Origin: Nemertoderma westbladi | Taxonomy: Eukaryota > Animalia > Xenacoelomorpha | Length of the DNA stretch: 37,098 nucleotides | Reading direction: 5' to 3' | Assembly: GCA_032718475.1 (NCBI GenBank) | Contig: JAUCBJ010004717.1 | Coordinates: 1 to 37,098, forward strand | Shown here: positions 24,915 through 37,098 of the stretch, one piece after another | Position numbering within the stretch: the first letter of the stretch is position 1 | Layout: the number at the start of each line of letters is the position of its first letter | Notes under the pieces: model-generated | What the model saw: the letters and a program-made list of their open reading frames with translations, nothing else | The model's database searches: none | Told to the model about the DNA's origin: nothing | Made by a program: the position numbers and the translations under genes

Positions 24915-25619
24915 GTTTATTGTTTTGGTTAGGAAATCCCGCCTCTGTAACCTGCTCCTTTCCCTCAATTAGTTAAGTGATCGTTTATTGTTTTGGTTAG
25001 AAAATCCCGCCTCTGTAACCTGCTCCTTTCCCTGAATTGGTAAAGTGATCGCTTATTGTTTTGGTTAGAAAATCCCGCCTCTGTAACCTGCTCCTTTCCC
25101 TCAATTAGTTAAGTGATAGTTTATTGTTTTGGTTAGAAAATCCCGCCTCTGTAACCTGCTCCTTTCCCTCAATTAGTTAAGTGATCGTTTATTGTTTTGG
25201 TTAGGAATTCCCGCCTCTGTAACCTGCTCCTTTCTCTCAATTGGTAATGTTATCGTTTATTGTTTTAGTTAGAAAATCCCGTCTCTGTAACCTGCTCCTT
25301 TCCCTGATTTGGTAAAGTGACTGTTTATTGTTTTGGTTAGAAAATCCCGCCTCAGTAACCTGCTCCTTTCTCTCAATTGGTAATGTTATCGTTTATTGTT
25401 TCGGTTAGAAAATCCCGTCTCTGTAACCTGCTCCTTTCCCTGATTTGGTAAAGTGACTGTTTATTGTTTTGGTTAGAAAATCCCGCCGCTGTAACCCGCT
25501 CCTTTCCCTCAATTAGTTAAATGTTCGTTTATTGTTTTGGTTAGAAAGGCCCGCCTCTGTAACCTGCTCCTTTCCTTCATTTGGTAAAGTGACTGTTTAT
25601 TGTTTTAGTTAGAAAATCC
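24915..25619. repeat. 68-bp tandem array, about 10.4 copies
   Basis: Unit starts at 24915, 24983, 25051, 25119 ... 25595. Confidence 0.96.
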
Positions 25620-25624
25620 GGCAT

Positions 25625-26184
25625 TAACCTGCTGGCTTAACATGCCACTGGATATTCCTTCCCATTAACGCGATGTGATAAAACGACACCCAATCCTTTT
25701 TGCGATGCATCTCATGACAATATCAATGGCTTATCTGGATCATAGTGGGTTAATGTAGGAGCGGACAACAATACGTCTTTTATTTCCTAAAATGACTCCT
25801 CCTGTTCTCTATCCCATTCCCATTTTGCCCTTTTTTAAAGGGCAAAATATAAAGAGGCTGAGCAATTGCAGACAAATTCCTAACAAATCCGGAATAAAAT
25901 TTAACCATGCCTAGAAAACTCTGCAAACCAGAACCATTTGTTGGTGCCGGCATATCCACAATAGTGCGTACACTTTCACTGTCAGTCGACCTCCCTTTAT
26001 CTGAAATAATAAAACCGAAGTATTTCACTGTGTTTGTAGCAAATGAGCACTTGTCCTCTCGAAGTCTAATGCCAGCTGATTGAAGACGATCGAACACCTG
26101 TCGGATTAGCTTTAAATGATCATCCAAATTTTTTGATGCTAATAATATGTCATCCAATGATACAAACACATTGCCAACTTTCAA
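25625..26184 (-). mobile_element. Ty3/Gypsy RT-RNase H remnant
   Basis: VSLDDILL, VFDRLQSAGIRLREDKCSF, LQSFLGMVKFY, APTLTHYDPDKPLILS*DASQKGLGVVL. Confidence 0.9.
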
Positions 26185-26879
26185 AATGCACTAGTCCTAA
26201 AAATGTTCTACAGTATCTTACTTGAAAGTTGAAAGCTGGCATTTCCAGCATTGACAGCCAATCAGAAGTAATGTTTATAAATTATAGCAGGGGTATTTAT
26301 GTTATACATTACCTTTTAAGGTTAGAAGTATAGTCTTGCATAGCCCGGTATAACCTTCCTCCACTTGCTATCTCTATGCGGTTCTATAGATGAGAGTAAT
26401 TCATCAAAGGATGAAATTGACATTCTCGTTTATATAATTAAAAATTTCCTTTATTTATTTTATACAATCTGCCCGTAAATCTTGATAAATTTTTCCGATA
26501 ACGCCGTACATCAACCTTTTTTTATTTAATCGGGTGAACCCAATATTGGCGTTTATTTCGCCGCCTATCTAATGCATAATTATGCTGATATTACGTCATC
26601 GATTTAGTTATCCATATTAAAAATTATTAATTTAGATAAAATAAAAAAAACACTCAATCTAGAAAACAATACAGATTTTTATAACTGCTAACTGAATATT
26701 GCTCAACCCTTTATATCTATCTGGTCTGAGCAATATATACAATAATTTTTATGAGATGAAAGTTGATAGTTTATGTGTGAACCGGGACTTAGTTATTTGA
26801 AAGTTGATAGTTGAAATTAGAATGTTGAAAGTTGAAAGCTCATTTGTGACCCGGGCCTTAATGATATAACATTTGCAGA

Positions 26880-27062
26880 GGTTTGTGCTCCTGCTAATAA
26901 AATGAAAACCAAAAGAGCATGTGGCATTGATGAAGTTCAATCTAAGGTCATTAAGAGAGAGTAATGCCACTATTACACTCACTCCATACTAGGTGGGTGA
27001 TGTACTGGAATAAAGTCACCTTACCAGAATTCAAGAAACCTTGTCTGGTTCCAGTTCCCAAC
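26880..27062 (+). mobile_element. Short LINE RT N-terminal fragment
   Basis: KMKTKRACGIDEVQSKVIK and PEFKKPCLVPVP resemble KA.GPD...WK.A...P.PK. Confidence 0.5.
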
Positions 27063-27175
27063 GAACATGCTGTACAGCTGTAATCATCTACCTTAATAAC
27101 TATTTACTACATTAAATTTAAATTTATTAGCTATTATTTAATAAAGATAAACTAACTCATTTCAGATTTCCTATA

Positions 27176-27384
27176 ATGGCAATTGAAACAGTTATATTTA
27201 TTGCTATTGCAATTGGTGTTAGCAGCGGAGCAACTGTTAACGTTTGTGAGCCTCTCATTGAACTCTACAAAGAGGACAACCTTGTGGGAACGAAGATGGA
27301 CATCTCTTCGGAAACAGATGCAGTTCAATTAGCATCTCTAAACATGTTGGATGCTGTTCGATCAGTCAGCGTCAAGTGTGGCAT
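27176..27384 (+). CDS. First coding exon of a secreted beta-gamma-crystallin (Greek key) domain protein; downstream exons not found in the window
   Basis: Acceptor CTCATTTCAG just upstream; signal-like MAIETVIFIAIAIGVSSG; IELYKEDNLVG...NMLDAVRSVSVKCG fits I.LY...NF.G...D.VSS..V..G.W; donor AT|GTGAGT at 27385. Confidence 0.7.
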
Positions 27385-27764
27385 GTGAGTAATTTGTGTA
27401 TTATACAACAAGTCGACAAATATATGTTCAATAACATGTTTATTGTTAATATGCATTGTCGGTCTGTTAATAAGTTGTCTGTCTGTTATTTTGGACCAAT
27501 TTTCAAATGCTTTGCATTTATGACTGTAATATCATTTTCAACTATAACTGATAAAAATGTTTTAAGGTTCATAGAAATAATAAGTAACACTGAAATATCA
27601 CCTTGTATAATATACTACTATAAATGACTACTAGAGTAGATCATCACTCAAATTTTACTTATCACACTTATAAACTAGAAAACCATCAAGCTGGCTTAAT
27701 TTAACCTTATTAGTACCGAGCTATAAAATGTTGTACAATTACAAATACTGTGTCATATTGACCC

Positions 27765-28168
27765 CATTCTAAAATCTACAAATTTTAACGAAAACGTCTG
27801 ATTTTTGTTTGTACGTAGATTTCACTAGTCTGAATCCGACCGAAAAAAAAAATTTCGAAAACTGTACTGGGTGGGGTGGATATTGCAGCACCAAAATTAC
27901 AAGTAGTGAACAATTTTCATAAAATTTGAAAGTTACAATTTTCGGCTAATTGATTTTCAATACAGGTTTTCTGGGGCGCAAAATCCAATATAAAATATTT
28001 AAAAATGATCTGATTACTATAAATGGCTGTTTTAGTCCTCTATGTAGGTAAAAAATGAAAAAAACAAGTAACCACCAGCACTATTCAGTTTGAACACAAA
28101 ATTTTTAATACACTAGAAATTAACATTTTCAGGTTTTCATAGGGGCGCTGAATCTAATGGAATACATT
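27765..28168 (+). repeat. Left arm of an about 400-bp inverted repeat (DNA-transposon terminal sequence)
   Basis: Reverse complement of 36025-36430, e.g. CTAAAATCTACAAATTTTAACGAAAACGTCTGATTTTT and TATAAATGGCTGTTTTAGTCCTCTA. Confidence 0.85.
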
Positions 28169-28399
28169 TATACTTTTCCAGATAATTGCTACTCGTACTT
28201 TTCGGCGTAATATGGCACGTTTTGGTGCTAGCACCAAATTTCGTACCCGTCACCAAAAAGTACAAGTTTGAGATGTCCAATGTTGTTTTTATTGATTCCA
28301 TTGGCTTCAGGACCTTCACAAACCGCTATAACGCAAGAAACAAGATGATACTATCTATTGATCAATTTGCTTATTATCAAAAATTTGTTGCTGGCACAA

Positions 28400-28650
28400 C
28401 AATCTTCACCCTCCAGCGAATACTCACTGGGGACTTATAGTCTGTGCCTATCTAAAATTCCAATTTCCTGGGTGATAGCTGGCTAGCGATGGCCCAATGC
28501 ATCGGCCAGCTAGGTCTCCTGAAATAACCCCCTGTGATATCTTCCTCTGGAAGTATGGGGCTATTTGAAGAATATTGTGTACGCTCACATGTTAACCATC
28601 ATTGAACAACTCAAATATGCAATTAAACAAGCCTTCACCACTATTCCCTT
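28400..28650 (+). mobile_element. Tc1/mariner transposase C-terminal remnant
   Basis: HWGLIVCAYLKFQFPG..GPMHRPARSPEITPCDIFLW..GYLKNIVY..IEQLKYAI resembles WP.RSPDLTPCDFFLWGYLK. Confidence 0.82.
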
Positions 28651-29208
28651 TCTTTGTTTTTTGACTCATAGCTTAATGAAATGTCTGCCAAGTTACTCAA
28701 AGTCAGATATTTATTACCTTGGTACATTACAATGGTTTTTATTTTTATGTATCTAATTAGTCATTAGCATTGTCAGGTCAGGCCAAGTCCCCAGATCCTG
28801 CTACCACTATGGCAGTAATGTGGTATTACCTGTAGCTGTCAGCCCAGTAGGGCAGGCCCGATAAGCATAGCCTATTCATTATTTAGTTGATCAAGAGTGG
28901 GTTGGTTTAGCCCCGTCAACTAAAATAAGTCATTGAGGGCTATTTAAACAGCGACAAGCCGTCTTCAGGGCGCGACAAGATCTTAAAAACATAAACATTA
29001 CGACATTTTGCGACATAGATCTTAAAAACTTGCTGGTATAGAAAATTCATATAAATTTTTTTTTAACATAAATCGATCTGGTTAGTACAGTGGATCAAAT
29101 ACCAAATAAATGTACGACACCTTATGGGGACTTAATAAAGTGGATCAAATTTCAGCACTAAATAAATTACTACTACTAGGATCGGCATGCTGCATTGCAG
29201 CTGCATTT

Positions 29209-29415
29209 TTAAGAATGCTGTGCCGGCTTGTCAACAAAATTGCACCGCCACAACTCCCTATCACCCATGACATTTGCTAGATCATCCGCATCTTTAAGGC
29301 CAGTGTCCTTTAAGATGCGTCTCAAGAAAGTCATGGGCTGTCCACCATGCTTATTCACTCCATGAGGTTGCCAAAGTACAAGATTATGCACTGGCTGGTC
29401 CTCACGGCGAAAGCA
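29209..29415 (-). mobile_element. RTE LINE C-terminal fragment
   Basis: LVLWQPHG..HGGQP..ILKDTG..MGDRELWR, homologous to the end of the RTE at 34.7-34.85 kb. Confidence 0.75.
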
Positions 29416-29623
29416 CTACATAAATGCATGGCACCTTAAACAAAAACTGCTAAGTAATCGCAATTAATATTATTCAAGGAAATTAAATAAAATAAACTAC
29501 GGGAAATAGAAATTGAACCCGTCATGATAGGTGAGAGTTGTCTATACGATTGTAAAGCCGGGTAAGGTTTATAAAAATAGTAAAAGACGCATTTAATATT
29601 AAATTGATTATAGTAATACATAA

Positions 29624-30790
29624 CTAATTAATGTAATGGATCATATTTCCGCAAACAATGTCCTGCGAGAATTTCCTGAAACCTGTCACTCTCAGATTGG
29701 ATTCGAAGCATAAAGCAAAATGCTTTAACAGGATGTATTCTCTGGTGTCTTCCGGGTCTGGTCTGATCTCCGAAACGAATGATTGAATAGCCGACCTATG
29801 TTTTTTCATACGATCCCGAATGGTCTGCTCTGTCTGCCCGAGGTAGTAGCCTGCTGCGTGGTCGGCGCAGGTTAAAAGATACAAGACATTATGTGATAAG
29901 CAAGTGTACTTCCCCTCGATCTTGTCGCCCCAGGGTGTACAGTTTGAATCTCTCATCAACTCACAAGTCTTACACCTAGTGTTCCCGCATCCAACGTTGC
30001 CACTGCCCAACTCCCTCGGCCTCTTCTCTACTAACCTTTGCCCCAAATTTCGCCCCGATGACGTGGTGGCGAAAACGTATATTCCCAGACTTCTTAAATC
30101 CTTCATGTACCGTTTCACAACAGGGTTCAAGATCCTTGCGAAACTATATCCTATAGATCCATACCAAAAATACCTTATCATGAGGCTCGCCCTCGACTTT
30201 CGGGACGGGCTTCCCTTCTCTCAATTTGGTTATGTCCCACTTCCTCGCTTCCTCTAAAAACTTCTCGTCATAACCCAATATCCAACAATCAGTTAGGTAT
30301 CTATCTCTTGCGGGACCAGCTCTCTCAGGACCTGAGGATGCTATCCATGCAAACCGTACACATTGGCCGTACACCACACCTTGTAGGACTTTTGGGTTAT
30401 GGGCACTGGTGGTTGGAATAGGGAATTTTTTGGACAGTGGTTTTAAATAAACCGTACTACAAACGTTTCCATTTGGGCCCAGGGTTAATTCTAAATCAAG
30501 AAATATCGAGCTACTGTTCGAGAACTCCAGTGTAAATTTTATCCCGGGTTTATCGAAAACTTCCTCACACGCTTTGTCGTACCTAGATACTATATCTGTC
30601 TTCACGGTTTCATTCAGAACATATGGGAAAATACCTTACCCATCGTCTACAAAAGTTTTAAAAAATATGGCAGCAAACCTTTCAACTAAACCCACATGTT
30701 TGTGTATACGGTCTACGACCAACACCGCCACTGCTTTGCCAGCAGGGCCCCAAAAAAACCTATTCCTTTGATTAACTTATAAAAAGCATG
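29624..30790 (-). mobile_element. Penelope-like element 2 (Neptune-like): RT end, Cys linker and GIY-YIG; disrupted
   Basis: KTFVDDG, IKFTLEFS, IFLDLEL, VYLKP, CGNTRCKTC and NVLYLLTC...YYLGQT..IRDRMKKHRSAI. Confidence 0.85.
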
Positions 30791-30844
30791 GTTAAATGAA
30801 AAATATGTACGAACTTAAGTAATATCATTATCTTGAGGGCTATA

Positions 30845-33800
30845 GCGCCTAGGGCACCATTGAAGGCAAAGGCTTGATACGCATCTGCATTAGAGATGAT
30901 ACATGCCCCGCCCTGTCTATACTGGATGCTCCTCTACCAGTGTTAGGTAACCTAACCCAGGAGGCACACTTGGTTCAGGGTGTAACAAATACACAGTCGG
31001 CAGTCGGCCCCTACAGTCGGCTGCAGGGCTGTAGGCCATGGATAGGTGGAAGGTATTCAACCAAAGGCTAGCTAGACATGCTGACAAGGTCGGCGGAAGG
31101 TAATCAACCAACGGCGACCTACTGCGAAGACGCTTGTAGGAGTTGCGACCATAGTGGTTTACTCCCGCAACTGAAAGATATGAGTATGAGAACCCTCCAG
31201 GAGAAATACCGGCTCGGTCGTCGCCCGGGTCAACAAGGACCGCGTCCCTCAGTGGTACACCAGGCTGGGGTCGATAAATTGGCTACTGGAACAGAAAACA
31301 GAGAAAAAAGAAGAACCAACCTGTTGAAATGTAAAACGACACTAAAGATTATTGCTACAATGAACGCATGCATGCTGAAAACATATACCAAACAGGGTGA
31401 CGTGGTCGCTCTGGCAATGGAATATAACATCGACATCATCTGCATCCAAGAACATCGGATTTGTCATGAAGACACTGCCATGAAGTACAATGACATTAGA
31501 AATGGATGGACGTTAGTAACAAGCTCAGCAGTAAGAAACTCGGCCAATGCATCAATTGGTGGAGTAGGAATTCTGCTAAGCCCATTTGCACTTAAGACCC
31601 TAAACAACATCGAATCTATAAATTCCGGGGTTATGATCGCAACATTTGTTGGGAATCCCAAGGCAACAATTATATGTTGTTACAGTCCAACCAATGCCTC
31701 AGAGCCAGTACAAGCAGTCAAGTCTTATGAAGAACTGACACCGAAACACAATGTTAAAGTCATTGCTGGTGACCTGAATGCGCAAATTGGCCCAGAAGAC
31801 ATCAAGGGTTACACCTATAACACCAGTTCTAACAGAAATGGGTACTTACTTTTAGACCAAATGGAAGAATGTGAATTAATACCAACAAACAACACATTCG
31901 AAAAGAGTAAGGGGAAGCTATGGACCTTTCAATACCCTAATGGAACCAAAGCACAACTGGAATACATCCTTATAAACAAAAAGTGGAGAAACAGCATGAT
32001 CAACTGTGAGGCATACAGCTCGTTCAACCTAATTGGTTCGGACCACAGAACTGTGACTGCAGAGATCAGACTCAGTTTGAGAGCTAGCAAACCCAGGACA
32101 AGCAAGCAAATCAAATATGACTGTGAGAAACTCAGAACGGACAATGCTGTAATGGATGCTTATACAGTAGAAATTCAAAACCGCTTTGAAGCACTTGGAT
32201 GGATGAAGACCAATCCAACAATTCAATATACCAGAATATAATAACAGCCCACAAGGAATCAGCTAAGAGGCACATCCCCCAGAAACCCAAACGAAAACAG
32301 TATGTGCCATGGCAAAACTCTGAGGTTACTTGTAAGAGAGAAGAACTTAAGATAGCCTACAAAGTTAAAACCAAACAACCAACAACCGAAAACATTAACA
32401 AGGTTGAAAAAGCTAAGGACGATCTTAAATTGGCATACAACATCAGCCAGGAAAAGTACATACAGGATAAAACTGAAGCAATTACAACTGCTCACATACA
32501 GCAACAATCAAACTTACCTGGCAAACTGTAAATGAGGTATCTGGTCGGAAAAGTTGTGCAAAGGGGCGCCTCAAAGCCGATAGTCCTAAAGAACGTGTTG
32601 GGAAATGGAAAAATCACTTCAGCAACTTGCTTTAGCAGCTACCAAACATCGAGGTCAGCCCTACAAGGAAAATATATGACAAGACACTACCTATAGAAAC
32701 AGGGGACTTTACACCTGCCGAACTCCAAAGAAGCATTAAAAGCATGTCCAATAATAAAGCGAGTGGATTAGATGAAATCCCAGCGGAGGTATGGAAAACC
32801 GGAGTGCTAAACAAACCATTATTGAATGTTTGCAACCGGATGTTAAAAGGGGAAAAGCCACCACCAATTTGGACTAAAGGTCAACTAAAGCCTCTCCCCA
32901 AGAAAGGAGACCTCGGCATACCAACAAACTATCGTGGGATCTGCCTGCTTGTGGTAGCTGCCAAAATATACAATAAAATGATTCTATATAGGATTAGGCA
33001 TCACATAGAGAAACTACTGCGTACGAGCCAAAACGGATTTCGACCAAGTAGACCAACAATAGCTCAGATACTTGCACTACGGAGACTGATTGAAGGAATT
33101 AAGTCAAAGAATCTCCCTGCAGTCATGACTTTTGTGGACTTCAAGAAGGCATTCAACTCCATCCATAGAGGTAAAATGCTTGAAATCCTAAGAGCTTATG
33201 GAATACCAGAAGTAATTGTTGCAGGCATTGGATTGTTATATTGTGACACAGAAGCGCAGGTACTCTCACCAGATGGTGAAACTGAGTATTTTTCAATACG
33301 CTAGCAGATGCACAGCTTCTACTAAATAAAGTGGAGAGGGCTGCTAAGGAGGTTGGATTGCATATAAATGCTACCAAGACCGAATTCATGACCTTTAATG
33401 TTGATGGAAACTTGACAACCATTGATAATAATCAACTAAGGAAGGTCGATGACTTCCAGTACCTTGGATCATGGATAGAGAGTAGCAAAAAGGACATAGA
33501 AGTTAGGAAAGCAAAGGCTTGGGTAGCTCTATCAAAAATGGATACCATCTGGAAATCAGATCTCTCCAGGCACCTGAAGACCAAGTTCTTTCGAGCCACA
33601 GTGGAAAGTGTATTTTTATACAGGGGTGAGACCTGGACACTGACTGTGGCAATAGCGACTATGGTACCAGTACCGGCACTATATACTTTCACTTTCATGA
33701 CGACCGAGAGTCTGACTGTGTCTGTCATCTGTAGTACTTAGGCTATCAGTACCGACTGTCCTATCTACCGGTACAGCAGTACTATGTTTGGACCTAGATC

Positions 33801-34885
33801 CGTGTAGCCCAGTAGGCTACCTTTATTCGATATATACATTATATATTATTATACTTATCTGCTCCGGCATTACATGTTTCGACTTTACAACATTGCCTGC
33901 ACGGCGTCCCGTTAACAGGTATGCGGGACCGAGAGTAGATTCCCCCACATACATGGCGCAGTGAGTTTACCGTCACCTGTGACAGGGAGAAACCTCTACG
34001 GGATCTCCAACACTACTAATTCAGTAATTTGTTTCCTACGTATTTGATAATTTGGGCCCATGCCGCCTAAATCTAAAGGGAAGCAAAAACCCACGTCAGC
34101 CACCCGACCGACTCTGTCATGAATTTTGATGAACGAATTTTAGCTCGGCACCGCCTCAGACGGCTAACCCGAGCTCGAAAGGGGGTGTGGCAATAGCGAC
34201 TATGGTACCAGTACCGGCACTATATACTTTCACTTTCATGACGACCGAGAGTCTGACTGTGTCTGTCATCTGTAGTACTTAGGCTATCAGTACCGACTGT
34301 CCTATCTACCGGTACAGCAGTACTATGTTTGGACCTAGATCCGTGTAGCCCAGTAGGCTACCTTTATTCGATATATACATTATATATTATTATACTTATC
34401 TGCTCCGGCATTACATGTTTCGACTTTACAACATTGCCTGCACGGCGTCCCGTTAACAGGTATGCGGGACCGAGAGTAGATTCCCCCACATACACTGACT
34501 AAATCACTTAAACAACGAATTGATGGTTGCTACACAAGACTACTAAGGGCAGCCCTAAACATCAGCTGGAGACAACACATGACAAACGCCGAGCTTCATG
34601 GTACAATACCACCTGTATCAACCACCCTCCTTGAACGCAGATTAAGATTCAGTGGGCGAAGTAAAGCTTCTGGCGAAGTAAAGACGAGGTCATACCAGAT
34701 CTACTTCTCTGGCAACCAACTCATGAAAAGCATAGTCGTGGGCGACCGGCCTTAACATATATAGATCAACTTGAAAGGGATACTGAACTTGGGAGAAACG
34801 AAATTGCGACAACTATGGAGAATCGGGAAGCCTGGAAGGATCTCATTTCCACTGTCCTAGTTCGCTCGACCTAGTACTAGTATCT
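30845..34885 (+). mobile_element. Near full-length RTE-clade LINE (APE + RT), inactivated
   Basis: APE motifs CIQEHR, YSPT, GDLNAQIG and SDH; RT motifs NYRGICL, QNGFRP and FVDFKKAFNSI. The QGD/YADD core is deleted near 33300. C-terminus ends VRST* at 34874. The 5' boundary is approximate. Confidence 0.93.
33645..34494 (+). mobile_element. TRIM-like miniature LTR element, 850 bp
   Basis: 309-bp TG...CA LTRs (33645-33953, 34186-34494) that look identical; PBS TGGCGCAGTGAG at 33954; PPT GAAAGGGGG; 232-bp interior; CTGAC target-site duplication (33640-33644, 34495-34499). Confidence 0.96.
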
Positions 34886-36024
34886 AATTAGTATGTTAAA
34901 ATTAATTTCAATTAGCTTAAAATTAAAATTAGCTAATTAGACATTTTTTTATGTTTTATCATCAATTTACAAAAAATAGTACTCTCCAGCTTTCCAATAA
35001 CACCATAATTACTGAATATCATTAATATGGCGCTGCACGCCACCTGCCGGTAGAATGGGGAACAGGGTGATTTTAGAATCACCCACATTTATCCAACCAC
35101 CCAATATAATGTTGCATACCGAAACATTTATAACTACAAAACAGTACAAAAATATTGTACAACATACAACACTATAAACCCTAGCAATATGTTATTACAA
35201 AAATGTTATATAAAGTACAAAAATATACAGTACATAATACTTACATACTACCTATATAGCACACTCAACGAAAAACTAAATTAAATAATCGACACACTTT
35301 CCTTCATACATATCTTTCCTGCGACATATACATATGATTCAATGTTCCTACCCCTTTGATTAACGTTGTAATTCCTACATTCAAAATCCATTTATTCATC
35401 TTTTATAATCTTTCACCTTTTTCAGTTAGCCCCGCTAATTATGGAAGAGGTTCAATTTGTTCAATATCTGTATCCCTATTCTGCACCAATTGATTATTAA
35501 GTTTAGCTTTTACTGATGATTTTCTGATAATACTAGCTGGGGGTACCCGTTCCTTTCTAGAATATGATTCGATTTATTCCCTTACTTTTTCTCGGCACCA
35601 CATCTTTTCGCAATGACTACCGCAATACACCATGTTCTGGGGAACCTGGTATATACAGTAGTGTCGTTATTCAGATACCTGCCCCCCCCCCCCCCCCCCC
35701 CCCTCCCAAACTTTTCAATCTTTAGCTACAAGCGTTTGAAAAAGGTTTCTCCGGCGTTATTTCACCGGGTACACTGCAGTTATTCTTCAAAATTACATTG
35801 ATTTGTTGGTACTGATGGAAATCTGTAATGATCTAAATTTCGTTAAAAAATAGCTGAGATATGAGCGATCAAAAGTTACATGGTTTGAGTTTGCGCATGA
35901 CTATTGTATTATATTAATTAAAAAACATTTTGTTTATGTGTGAATAGCTATGTAACAGTTTTCACAATTAATTATTATTATTATTATGTAGTGGGGCCCG
36001 CGTTTTATTTTATTTTATTTTATT

Positions 36025-36430
36025 ATGTATTCCATTAGAATCAGCACCCCAGAAAACCTATAAATGTGAATTTTTTGCATTGTATAAGTGAATAAAAAAT
36101 TTTGTGTACAAACGGAAAAGTGCTGGTTAATTGTTTTTTTAATTTTTTTGCCTACGTAGAGGACTAAAACAGCCATTTATACTAATCAGATTATTTTTAA
36201 ATATTTTCCAATGAATTTTACGCACCAAAAAACCTGTATTGAAAAACTATTAGCCGAAAATTACGACTTTCAAATTTTATAAAAATTGTTCACTACTTGT
36301 AACTTTGGTGCTGCAAAATAACCACCAAAGTACTTCTTGAAATTTTATTTTTTCTTTCGGATTCAGACAAATGAAATCTACGTACAAACAAAAAATCAGA
36401 CGTTTTCGTTAAAATTTGTAGATTTTAGAG
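36025..36430 (-). repeat. Right arm of the about 400-bp inverted repeat
   Basis: Reverse complement of 27765-28168, diverged. Confidence 0.85.
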
Positions 36431-37098
36431 GGGGGGAGGGGGTGTCCTTATTCAAACCTTTTTAAACGATTTATTCGCTAAAGATTGAAGGCGAAAATAA
36501 AATTTCTGGCTCACCCAGCAAGGAGGAGGGAGGAACTATCTATGTTTCAAATTTAATGTAATCTTTAGATTAAGATTGGTAGAAAAATAATTTTTTTTTG
36601 GGGGGGGGGGGGGGGGTGCTACTATTACGATCGGCATCCTGCATTGCAGCTGCATTATATTCAATTCAATTATATTAACCTTAAAACTTTAGCCAGCATG
36701 CTGGACTAAAGGCAGTGAAATGGCACCGAAGTTACACATTAAACTGATAGTTTAAAAGGTCAAAGTCAGCGGGCTGGATGGACTTGGTCCATCTTCTATG
36801 TACGTGTTGACACAATATAATTTGTAAATAATAAATAATACGACACTAAACAATAGAATAAGATATTTACTGTACACATTACAACCGTACTTAGTTAACT
36901 AAAGTTGTATGGTGTATGGTTAAATAAAACTACGTGCATGGGCCAGGCTCAGCCATACATAAACTATTAACGTACTATCGCATTATCAACCCGTATTATC
37001 ATGCCCATCCCATGCATAAACATGCACTTCCGCACACCCCACACATACCATGCATAAATAAAACCAATATCCACGTACTCCATACTTAAATATCAATA

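Noticed and set aside
26215-26425. Minus-strand exon-like segments with GT donors
   Set aside because: Frame is interrupted by a stop, and no recognisable protein results.
28935-28972. CTGAAGACGGC hammerhead-like start downstream of PLE 2
   Set aside because: No GAAA core follows stem II.
30845-31078. HDV-like ribozyme in the RTE 5'UTR
   Set aside because: Known in some RTEs, but I could not fold the nested pseudoknot by eye.

Overview
Repeat-dense, AT-rich animal (probably invertebrate) genomic DNA. It has spliceosomal introns and no prokaryotic features; the species cannot be identified from this window. Most of the window is nested, decayed transposable elements: a CRE-like non-LTR element (1-1.8 kb); a Penelope-like element split by a LINE insertion and by a 101-copy 35-bp array grown from its own ORF (4.7-12.8 kb); a 45/22-bp minisatellite interrupted by a 6.3-kb LTR element (13.1-21.6 kb); a tRNA-derived SINE; Gypsy remnants with a 68-bp array; Tc1/mariner remnants with about 400-bp inverted repeats; a second (Neptune-like) Penelope element; and an RTE LINE carrying a young 850-bp TRIM. 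Two host genes are visible: a 3-exon secreted PAN/Apple-domain gene (minus, 2881-4037) and the first coding exon of a secreted beta-gamma-crystallin-like protein (27176-27384). The most unusual object is the LTR element at 13660-19939. It has BEL/Pao-type Gag followed not by pol but by a WRN/EXD-like DEDDy 3'-5' exonuclease domain and three CCHC knuckles, then a PPT and LTR. All protein family calls are by-eye motif recognition; no database searches were run.
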